A DNA stretch of 64,000 nt from contig OZ241903.1 in assembly GCA_965203635.1 (NCBI GenBank), positions 3,330,918 through 3,394,917 on the forward strand. Reading direction: 5' to 3'. Shown here piece after piece: positions 34,723 to 42,558 of this stretch. This stretch comes from Candidatus Aldehydirespirator sp. (GTDB taxonomy: Bacteria > Actinomycetota > Acidimicrobiia > Acidimicrobiales > Aldehydirespiratoraceae). The position numbers and the translations under genes are program-made. A model generated the notes under the pieces. It was not told where the DNA came from. It saw only the letters and a program-made list of their open reading frames with translations, and did not search any database. Each line of letters starts with the position of its first letter. The stretch's first letter is position 1.

Positions 34723-37700
34723 ATGACCGATCGCGAGCTGCTCCCCATTCCCGACGGCCTGGTGCTCCTGACCTTCGACGATGCCAACCACTCCGACCTC
34801 GCCAGCGTCGCTCCCCTGCTGCTGCGCCACGGCTTCGGGGCCACCTTCTTCATCAGCGAGGGGCTCGGGTTCACCGAGGGCAACCCCGGCGAGTTCATGA
34901 CCTGGGACGAGATCCGGCAGCTGCACGATCTCGGGTTCGAGATCGGCAACCACACCAGGAGCCACCTCGACATCACCGAACTCACCGCGGACGAGGTCGC
35001 CGAAGAGATCGCCCACATCCAGCGGCGTTGCGACGAGCACGGGATCCCGGCCCCGACCTCGTTCTGCTATCCGGGGTTCCACCACAGCCCCGAGGTAGTC
35101 CGGGTGCTCGCCTCCGAGGGGTTCGCCTTCGCCCGCCGAGGCGTGTACCCGGAGTACTCCGACACCGGCCGGGGGGCGCGAGGCCCCGCCTATGACCCCC
35201 GTGCCGACCACCCGCTGCTGATACCGACCACCGGCTACGCCGGGCCGGAGTGGGCCCTTGACGACCTCGCATGGGCCGTCGACCACGCGCGGGACGGCCG
35301 GATCGCATCGATCTGCTTCCATGGCGTTCCGCTGAGGCGCTACCACTGGGTAAGCACCGAACTCGAGGTGTTCGCCGCCTACATGCAATACCTGGCCGAC
35401 GCCGGCTGCACCGTGATCGCCTGCCGTGACCTGGCCGACTACGTGGATCCGGCCTGGGCCGGGACCGATCCCTACGCGGCCATCAACGGACGTACCCGGT
35501 TCGCCGCGATCGACGCCAAGTGCGAGTACCGGACCGACCCGCTCGGCATCGACGAGCCCGCCCCCCGATTCAGCTGGAGGATCCAGGCCACCGACCGGTC
35601 GATGAGCCGGTCGACCTACCGGACCGTCGCCCGTGATCAGCACCAGTCGGCCTACCGGGTGCTGGTGAGCTCCAGCCGGGCGGGTCTCGACGCCGGAGTG
35701 GGCGACCAGTGGGATTCCGGCAGGATCGCCTCCGGCTCCGGCAACGGGATCGTCTACGCCGGAAACCCGCTGCGCAGCGGCCAGCAGTGCTGGTGGAAGG
35801 TCCAGACATGGGACCGCGACGACTGCCGGGGCACCGACAGCCCGGTCGCGACGTTCGAGATGGGCCTGCTGGAGGCCGGTGACTGGGAGGCGTCCTGGAT
35901 CTCCGCGGCGGCCGGAGTCTCCTCTCCCCTGCTGCGCGCCGAGACCGTGCTGGATGACCGGCCGGTCCGGGCCAGGTGCTACGTGACGGGGCTGGGTTTC
36001 TACGAGCTGTTCATCAACGGTCAGCGGGTGGGCGACCGGGTGCTCGACCCGGCCACCACCTACTACCACAACGACCAGCCACAGGAGATGGGCTCGCGGG
36101 TCCTCTACGCCACCTACGACGTGACCCGCCACCTGCGGGCCGGCCCGAACGCGGTCGGGGTGATGCTCGGCAACGGCTGGTACAGCGCGGAGGACGACAT
36201 ACCTCCCTCCCCCAGCCATCGCGAGCCATACGGCGACCGGCCGGTGGCCCTGCTGCGACTCGACATCGAGCTCGCCGGCGGCGAGACCGTCCACCTGGTC
36301 AGCGACCCGTCCTGGCGGGCCTCGGCCGGGCCGATCACCTACAACGACAACAGCCACGGCGAGGTCTACGACGCTCGCCTGGAGCAGGCCGGCTGGTGTG
36401 AGCCCGGCTTCGACGACAGCCATTGGGAACCGGCCGAAGCGACCGCAGGTCCTTCGGGCCGGCTGGAGGCCCAGCCGCTGCCGCCGGTGCGGGTGGTTCG
36501 AACCATCGCACCCACCCGGTCGTTCGATGTGGGCGATGGAGCGACGATCTACGACTTCGGCCAGAACATGACCGGGTGGACGCGGCTGACGGTGAGCGGA
36601 CCGGCCGGGGCCCGGGTGACGATCCGCCACGGCCACGACATCCACCCCGACGGCAGCCTCGACAACCGGGCCAACATGTACTCCTACGCCGACGACGTCG
36701 AGTTCCACACCGACGCGGTGGCCCGGGGCGAGCAGGGCTTCGAGCCGCTCGACGAGGACTACGACCACCGGGCCCGCCAGACCGACACCTACGTGCTCGC
36801 CGGCCGGGACTCCGAGGCCTGGGAACCCCGTTTCACGCTGCACGGCTTCCGCTACGCGGAGGTCGCCTGCACCGGCGGCGAGGTCGCCGTCGAGAGCATC
36901 GAGGCCCGCCACGCCCGCACCACCCTGGCCGAGAGCGAGGGCTTCGAGTGCTCGGACCCGCAGCTCAACCAGATCCACAGCAACACCACATGGACGTTCG
37001 CGTGCTCGCTGCAGGGATACCCGCAGGACGCCGCCGACCGGTCCGAGCGGGTCGGCTGGCTCGGCGACCCGGTCGCCGGTGACTTCAGCTTCACCTTCGA
37101 CGACGTCTTGTTCTGGTCGAAGTGGCTCGAGGACTTCGCCGACTCCCAGCTGCCTTCGGGCGACCTTCCGGTGATCTCGCCGCTGCACTGGCGCCGGACC
37201 TACGACTGCTACCTGTGGTACCCGGTGTGGAAGAGCTCCTACGCCATCGTGGCCTGGGACGTCTACCTCGAGTCGGGGGATCCCCGAGTCCTGGAGCGCC
37301 ACTACGACCGCATCGAGAACCTGGTGGGATTCCTTGGCGGCCACGCCGACGACCACCTGCTCGCCGGCGGCCTCGGCGACCATATGGAGCCCCAGCCCGA
37401 CGGCACATCGGCGTTCGCGCCGGTCCACACCCCCGCCGGGCTCACATCCACTGCCATCTATTTCCGGGACGTGCAGATCCTGGCCTGGGCCGCGGCCGTG
37501 CTGGGAGACGAGCGCCGCGCCGGGAAGTACTCGCGGCTCGCGGCGGATATCCGGGACGCGTTCAACCAGCGGTACTTCGACGCCGAGACCGCCAACTACG
37601 CCACGGGCAGTCAGGGCTCGAACGCCATCCCGCTGGCTCTGGGGCTCGTGCCCACCGGCTACGAGGACGCGGTGCTGGCCAACATCGTCTCCGACATCGA

Positions 37701-38316
37701 GCTCAACCACGACGGGCATCTGTCTACCGGGATGCTGGGCACCGACGCGCTGGCCCGGGTGTTGCCCGCCGGGGGCCGGGCCGATGTGTTCTTCACCGTG
37801 GCGACCCGGACGACTTTCCCGAGTTGGGGCGAGCAGATCGCCAAGGGCGCCACCACTCTGTGGGAAGCCTGGGAGGGAGAGACCAACCCGCAACTCAGCT
37901 ACAACATGAAGCTGTTCGGCAGCATCCAGAAGTTCTTCTTCCGGGACCTGGCCGGCATCCGCCGGGGCTCTCCCGGCTACGCCACCTTCGCGGTCGAGCC
38001 CCAGGTCGTGGGCGGCCTGACCCACGCCCGGGCCGAGGTGAGCACGATACGGGGCGCCGTCTCGGCCGGCTGGCGGCGCGACAACGGCACCTTCGAGCTC
38101 GATGTGGCCGTCCCGCCCAACACCCGGGCCACAGTCCGCGTCCCCAAGCTCGGAGATGCTGATCCGGTGATCTCCGAGGGCGGGGTGACGGTGTGGAGCC
38201 GCGGCGAGCCCATCGGCAACCGTCTCGGCATCAACGGAGCCCATCAGACCGACGAGGCCGTGGTGTTCGATGTCGGCTCGGGCGACTACTCGTTCGCGAA
38301 AGGCAGAGAAGCATGA
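34723..38316 (+). CDS. Bifunctional CE4 deacetylase-like domain (aa ~1-255) fused to GH78 alpha-L-rhamnosidase (aa ~258-1197)
   Basis: N-terminal LLTFDDANHSD and EIGNHTRSH (CE4). Then KCEYRTDPLGIDEPAPRFSWRI, WWKVQTWD and a long (alpha/alpha)6-type C-terminal region typical of bacterial GH78. No signal peptide. Confidence 0.8.
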   Translation: MTDRELLPIPDGLVLLTFDDANHSDLASVAPLLLRHGFGATFFISEGLGFTEGNPGEFMTWDEIRQLHDLGFEIGNHTRSHLDITELTADEVAEEIAHIQRRCDEHGIPAPTSFCYPGFHHSPEVVRVLASEGFAFARRGVYPEYSDTGRGARGPAYDPRADHPLLIPTTGYAGPEWALDDLAWAVDHARDGRIASICFHGVPLRRYHWVSTELEVFAAYMQYLADAGCTVIACRDLADYVDPAWAGTDPYAAINGRTRFAAIDAKCEYRTDPLGIDEPAPRFSWRIQATDRSMSRSTYRTVARDQHQSAYRVLVSSSRAGLDAGVGDQWDSGRIASGSGNGIVYAGNPLRSGQQCWWKVQTWDRDDCRGTDSPVATFEMGLLEAGDWEASWISAAAGVSSPLLRAETVLDDRPVRARCYVTGLGFYELFINGQRVGDRVLDPATTYYHNDQPQEMGSRVLYATYDVTRHLRAGPNAVGVMLGNGWYSAEDDIPPSPSHREPYGDRPVALLRLDIELAGGETVHLVSDPSWRASAGPITYNDNSHGEVYDARLEQAGWCEPGFDDSHWEPAEATAGPSGRLEAQPLPPVRVVRTIAPTRSFDVGDGATIYDFGQNMTGWTRLTVSGPAGARVTIRHGHDIHPDGSLDNRANMYSYADDVEFHTDAVARGEQGFEPLDEDYDHRARQTDTYVLAGRDSEAWEPRFTLHGFRYAEVACTGGEVAVESIEARHARTTLAESEGFECSDPQLNQIHSNTTWTFACSLQGYPQDAADRSERVGWLGDPVAGDFSFTFDDVLFWSKWLEDFADSQLPSGDLPVISPLHWRRTYDCYLWYPVWKSSYAIVAWDVYLESGDPRVLERHYDRIENLVGFLGGHADDHLLAGGLGDHMEPQPDGTSAFAPVHTPAGLTSTAIYFRDVQILAWAAAVLGDERRAGKYSRLAADIRDAFNQRYFDAETANYATGSQGSNAIPLALGLVPTGYEDAVLANIVSDIELNHDGHLSTGMLGTDALARVLPAGGRADVFFTVATRTTFPSWGEQIAKGATTLWEAWEGETNPQLSYNMKLFGSIQKFFFRDLAGIRRGSPGYATFAVEPQVVGGLTHARAEVSTIRGAVSAGWRRDNGTFELDVAVPPNTRATVRVPKLGDADPVISEGGVTVWSRGEPIGNRLGINGAHQTDEAVVFDVGSGDYSFAKGREA

Positions 38317-39707
38317 CAGGCCCCAACATCGTCCTGTTCATCACCGACCAGCAGACCCGGGCCACGATCAGCGCCTACGGCAACGACCGCACCCACACCC
38401 CGCACATGGACGAGTTGGCCGCGGGCGGCGTCGCCTTCGAGAGGTCGTACTGCTCGTCGCCGCTGTGCAGCCCGGGCCGGGCCAGCATCGTCACCGGCCA
38501 GATGCCCCACACCACCGGAGTGGATGTCAACGATCTGCCGGTACGCAATGGCATCGTCAACCTCGGGGAGATCTTCTCCGGTGCCGGCTACGAGACCGTC
38601 TGGGCGGGCAAGTGGAACCTGCCCGAGTCGTTCCCGACCGAGCCCGACGCTATACCCGGATTCGGGAACCTCGAATGGCAACGGCGGCCATACCCGTCGA
38701 TAGAGCAGATACTCTCGGGCGACTTCAGTCAGGTCGGCGAGCAGGCGCCGTACCGCGACCTCGGCGCTTCGATGGACGCCGACATCACCGACGCGGCCGT
38801 GCGGTACCTGGCCGGAGCCCCGCGGGAGCCCTTCCTGCTGGCCGTGTCGCTCTACAACCCCCACGACATCTGCTTCTGGATCATCGACCGGGACCACGAC
38901 ATGCTGCCAGCGGTGCCGCCGGACGCCTTGCTGCCCGATCTGCCGGACAACTTCGACGCGGTCGCGAACGAGCCCGAGTTCGTGCGGTGGATGCGCAACC
39001 AGAAGGCGGTGATCCCCGATTATGGCTGGAATGAGCTGCGTTGGACCCACGACTGGGACGAGCGGCACTGGCGGCGGTACCTGTACGTCTACTACCGGCT
39101 CGTCGAGATGGTCGACATGCAGATCGGCCGGGTGCTGGGCGCCGTCTCCGACGCCGGGATCCAGGACTCCACGCTGGTGGCATTGACCAGCGACCACGGG
39201 GAGGGGGTGGCCGCCCACCGCTGGGCCACCAAGCAGATGCTCTACGAGGAGCCGGTCACGGTCCCTCTCGTGCTGAGATGGCCGGGGATGATCCCCGCGG
39301 GGCGGTTCGACCGGTCCCACATCGCCTCCGGCGTCGACATCGTCCCGACGCTGTGCGAGTACGCGGGCGTGGAGGAACCCGAGGGCCTGGCCGGCGAATC
39401 CCTGCGGCCCGTGATCGACGATCCCACCCTGGGCGGTCGTGACTTCGTCGTGTCGGAGCTCCAGCCCGACCGCTTCAGGATGGAGCTCAAGGGCCGGATG
39501 CTGCGGACGCGCCGGTACAAGTACGTGGCTTTCACCGCAGGCGCCGATCCCGAGATGCTGTTCGATCTGGAGACGGATCCGCTGGAGACGCTCAACCTGG
39601 CCAGCTCGGCCGGTCACGCCGACATCCTGGCCGAGCACCGCGCCCTGCTTGAAATGTGGACTAGGCGAACCGACGACCCATTCGAAGTGGGCTCGGCTGT
39701 GATCTGA
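38313..39707 (+). CDS. Type I (S1) sulfatase, canonical C-x-P-x-R motif; no signal peptide
   Basis: PNIVLFITDQQ; SPLCSPGRASIVTG (38466..38480). The ATG overlaps the rhamnosidase stop (ATGA). Confidence 0.85.
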   Translation: MTGPNIVLFITDQQTRATISAYGNDRTHTPHMDELAAGGVAFERSYCSSPLCSPGRASIVTGQMPHTTGVDVNDLPVRNGIVNLGEIFSGAGYETVWAGKWNLPESFPTEPDAIPGFGNLEWQRRPYPSIEQILSGDFSQVGEQAPYRDLGASMDADITDAAVRYLAGAPREPFLLAVSLYNPHDICFWIIDRDHDMLPAVPPDALLPDLPDNFDAVANEPEFVRWMRNQKAVIPDYGWNELRWTHDWDERHWRRYLYVYYRLVEMVDMQIGRVLGAVSDAGIQDSTLVALTSDHGEGVAAHRWATKQMLYEEPVTVPLVLRWPGMIPAGRFDRSHIASGVDIVPTLCEYAGVEEPEGLAGESLRPVIDDPTLGGRDFVVSELQPDRFRMELKGRMLRTRRYKYVAFTAGADPEMLFDLETDPLETLNLASSAGHADILAEHRALLEMWTRRTDDPFEVGSAVI

Positions 39708-39709
39708 CC

Positions 39710-39736
39710 GCCCGGCCTCGGACCGAGCGGCCGGGC
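39710..39736 (+). terminator. GC-rich hairpin (GCCCGGCC-N11-GGCCGGGC) directly after the sulfatase stop
   Basis: Perfect 8-bp stem 3 nt after the TGA. There is no U-tract, so it could be an I-shaped terminator or a processing/attenuation hairpin. Confidence 0.3.
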
Positions 39737-39795
39737 CCGGCAACGGACACGCCAGCCGGTGCCAAGTAGGGTCCGATCCTGTGACCGTCGGCAGC

Positions 39796-40617
39796 ATGAC
39801 CGAGGAGGAGCGCTACCTTTTTGACCTCCAGGGCTACTTGGTGGTCGAGGATGTGCTCGAGCCCGCCGAGGTCCAGCAGATCAATGAGCTGCTCGACTCC
39901 CGAGACCTGTGGAACCAGCCCCGGGGCCATGACGCTCCCCTCGACTATGAGACCTTCGACGAGCTCTTCTTCCACGTCAGCCCACCCCACTGCTGGGGCA
40001 AGCCCCTCCTCGACCTGCTGGGGCACCCGCGGATCGCCGGATATCTGCAGGAGATCCTCGGCCCGCGGTACCGCTACGACCACGGCCAGGCCATCTTCAT
40101 GCGCAAGGGAAGCGGCTCGCTGGAGCTGCACGGCGGGGGCTCCCCTTGGGACCCGATCGGCTTCTACCGGGTGGTGGACGGCACGATCCATTGCGGCCTC
40201 ACCGTGGTGTCCTACGCGCTGTGCGACGTCGGCCCCGAGGACGGCGGCTTCGTGGTCGTCCCCGGCAGCCACAAGAGTGGCTTCCCGCGCCCCAAGGGGC
40301 TTCTGAACCCCGAGGACTGCCGGCCCATGCTGCGACACGTCCCGCACGGGGCCGGCTCGGCCATCATCTTCACCGAGGCCCTCACCCACGGAACCCTGCC
40401 CTGGACTGCAGAACACGAGCGTCGAGCCGTGCTGTACCGATACACGCCCGGCCACATGGCCTTCGTCGGCCGCTACCGGCAGGACGGTGCCGAGCAACCC
40501 GACTGGGCCTACCCGCAGCCGTCCGACGCTGCGGACGCCGACCTCCCCCCTGAACTGCGCCGCCTGCTGGAGTTCCCCTACGTCTCGGAGCGAGCCGACA
40601 CCCTCGGCAGGGACTGA
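39796..40617 (+). CDS. PhyH-like Fe(II)/2OG oxygenase-fold protein with H-G-G in place of HxD/E (PhyH-4)
   Basis: LELHGGGSPWDP (His codon 40129..40131), VVVPGSHKSG, FTEALTHGTLPW, ERRAVLYRY. The start could be the GTG at 39781. Confidence 0.75.
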   Translation: MTEEERYLFDLQGYLVVEDVLEPAEVQQINELLDSRDLWNQPRGHDAPLDYETFDELFFHVSPPHCWGKPLLDLLGHPRIAGYLQEILGPRYRYDHGQAIFMRKGSGSLELHGGGSPWDPIGFYRVVDGTIHCGLTVVSYALCDVGPEDGGFVVVPGSHKSGFPRPKGLLNPEDCRPMLRHVPHGAGSAIIFTEALTHGTLPWTAEHERRAVLYRYTPGHMAFVGRYRQDGAEQPDWAYPQPSDAADADLPPELRRLLEFPYVSERADTLGRD

Positions 40618-40624
40618 AGGCGCG

Positions 40625-41458
40625 ATGGCGACCGGCGCAATGACCGAGGAGGAGCGCTACCTGTTCGACCTCCAGGGATTCCTGGTCATCGAGAACGTGC
40701 TGGGAGCCGAGGAACTCGAGGAACTCAACGGCCTGCTCGACGACTACGACATCTGGAACCGGTCCCGGGGGGAGGATCTGTCCTTCGACTTCTGGCAGAA
40801 CGACGAGCACCAGGTCTCGGCCGGTCCCCTGCACATGTGGGACAAGCCGTTCCGGCGGCTAATTGCCCACCAGCGCATCGTGCCCTATCTGGCCGAGGTG
40901 CTGAGCCCCTCGTTCCGCTACGACCACGGCCACGCCATGGTCATGAGCAAAGGAGGCCGGCCGTTCGGGCTGCACGGCGGCGGCACACCTTGGGATCCGG
41001 CCATCGCCTACGAGGTGTCGCGGGGGCGCATTCATTGCGGGCTTGTGGTGGTGCACTACGCGCTATGCGATGTGGGTGCGGACGACGGCGGATTCTGCGC
41101 TCTGCCCGGCAGCCACAAGAGTAACTTCGCCTGCCCGGACAGCTTCAGGCCCATCACCGATCCGGGGCCCTGGGTCAAGCCGGTGCCGCTGCGGGCCGGC
41201 TCAGTCGTCATGTTCACCGAGGCCCTCACCCACGGCACCCTGCCCTGGACCGCGGAGCACGAGCGCCGGGCGCTGTTCTACCGATACATGCCGGGCCACA
41301 TGGCCTTCGTCGGGCGCTACCGCGAGGACGGCCGGGAGCAACCCGGTGGGGCCTATCCCCAGCCGTTCCACACGGACCCCGACGATTGGACGCCATTGGA
41401 GCGCCGGATGTTGGAGCCGCCCTATGCATGGGAACGGCCTGACACCATCACGGAGTAG
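40625..41458 (+). CDS. PhyH-like Fe(II)/2OG oxygenase-fold protein with H-G-G in place of HxD/E (PhyH-5), tandem paralogue
   Basis: FGLHGGGTPWDP (His codon 40973..40975), CALPGSHKSN, FTEALTHGTLPW, ERRALFYRY. About 55-60 percent identity by eye to PhyH-4. Confidence 0.75.
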   Translation: MATGAMTEEERYLFDLQGFLVIENVLGAEELEELNGLLDDYDIWNRSRGEDLSFDFWQNDEHQVSAGPLHMWDKPFRRLIAHQRIVPYLAEVLSPSFRYDHGHAMVMSKGGRPFGLHGGGTPWDPAIAYEVSRGRIHCGLVVVHYALCDVGADDGGFCALPGSHKSNFACPDSFRPITDPGPWVKPVPLRAGSVVMFTEALTHGTLPWTAEHERRALFYRYMPGHMAFVGRYREDGREQPGGAYPQPFHTDPDDWTPLERRMLEPPYAWERPDTITE

Positions 41459-41481
41459 GGGCTGAAGCCGCTGGGCTCCGC

Positions 41482-42495
41482 TCAGGCGACTTGCCAGGTG
41501 GGGCGGGAGTGCAGCAGCTTGTGGAGGTCGCCCGGTCCGGCCTTGGACTGGGAGGCGGCTATCTGGGACGTCACGGCCGAGCCGTACTCCGAGCGCTCGA
41601 CGGCCCGGAAGACCCCGATCGGGGTGGGCACGTCGTTGGTGTTGGCCAGACGGCTCAGCGCGAACGCCACCGACGGGTCGGGATCGGCCTCGTCGTGCAC
41701 CACGAGCGCGTCCACGCCGACATCGGCCACGTTCACGACCCGGGCCCGGCCGCCGTCCATCACCACGCCGAACTCGTCGTCGGCCCCGAAGCGCACCGGC
41801 TCGCCGTGGCACAGATCGATCAGCATCGAATCGCGGGCGTCGCGCTTGGTGATGGCCGCGAAGGCGCCGTCGTTGAACACGTTGCAGTTCTGGAAGACCT
41901 CGACGAACGCCGCGCCCGGATGGTTGTGGGCCCGCCGGAACATCTCCTGCATGTGGCCCCGGTCCATGTCATGGGTGCGGGCCACGAACGACGCCTCGGC
42001 CCCCAGCGCCAGAGAGATCGCGTTGAAGGGCTGCTCCACCGAGCCATGGGGGGTGGACTTGGTGACCTTGCCCCGCTCGCTGGTGGGCGAGTACTGGCCC
42101 TTGGTCAGCCCGTAGATCTGGTTGTTGAACAGCAGGATGTTCAGATTCACGTTGCGGCGCAGAGCGTGGATCAGGTGGTTGCCCCCGATCGACATCATGT
42201 CGCCGTCGCCGCCCACCACCCAGACGTGCAGGTCGCCCCGGGCCATGGCCAGGCCGGTGGCCACAGCCGGTGACCGCCCGTGGATGGCGTGGAGGCCGTA
42301 GGTGTTCATGTAGTACGGGAACCGGGCCGCGCAGCCGATCCCCGACACGAAGACCGTGTCCTCGCGGCGCACGCCCAGTTCGGGCATCAGCAGCTGCACC
42401 GCGGTGAGGATCGAATAGTCGCCGCAGCCCGGGCACCAGCGGACCTCCTGGTCGGTGGTCCAGTCCTTGCGGGTGGTCACGGGCACGTCGGTCAT
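41482..42495 (-). CDS. korB: 2-oxoglutarate/2-oxoacid:ferredoxin oxidoreductase, beta subunit
   Basis: RWCPGCGDYSILTAV and VVGGDGDMMSIGGNHL (TPP-binding) motifs. Confidence 0.9.
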   Translation of the reverse strand: MTDVPVTTRKDWTTDQEVRWCPGCGDYSILTAVQLLMPELGVRREDTVFVSGIGCAARFPYYMNTYGLHAIHGRSPAVATGLAMARGDLHVWVVGGDGDMMSIGGNHLIHALRRNVNLNILLFNNQIYGLTKGQYSPTSERGKVTKSTPHGSVEQPFNAISLALGAEASFVARTHDMDRGHMQEMFRRAHNHPGAAFVEVFQNCNVFNDGAFAAITKRDARDSMLIDLCHGEPVRFGADDEFGVVMDGGRARVVNVADVGVDALVVHDEADPDPSVAFALSRLANTNDVPTPIGVFRAVERSEYGSAVTSQIAASQSKAGPGDLHKLLHSRPTWQVA

Positions 42496-42558
42496 CGCTT
42501 CTCTCCGGTCATCGCCGCTCTCCCGTCATCGCCTCTCCCCGGTCATCGCTTCTCTCCC
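42491..42558 (-). repeat. Four tandem 17-nt repeats (GTCATCGCYKCTCYCCS on the plus strand) spanning the korA stop and korB start
   Basis: Units start at 42491, 42508, 42525 and 42542. On the coding strand each unit carries GGAGAG + N4 + ATGA. Confidence 0.9.

Noticed and set aside
34699-38244. 1181-aa ORF antisense to the CE4-GH78 gene. Similar very long antisense or out-of-frame ORFs occur at 7388..9562, 27671..28999, 42526..44511, 58906..60849, 45680..47128 and 16612..17763.
   Set aside because: These are typical high-GC shadow ORFs. Their Arg/Gly/Pro/Ala-rich low-complexity translations show no domain motifs. Each fully overlaps a gene with clear family signatures on the other strand or frame.
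7712-41458. Genomic island delivered by a mobile element (integrase, transposase, flanking tRNA, direct repeats).
   Set aside because: No integrase, transposase or recombinase-like ORF, no tRNA gene, and no obvious long terminal repeats were seen. The accessory character is inferred only from gene content.
42491-42558. Possible CRISPR-like or regulatory repeat array between korA and korB.
   Set aside because: The units are contiguous 17-mers without spacers and only four in number. They are a tandem duplication of the stop/start junction, reported as such, and not a CRISPR array.
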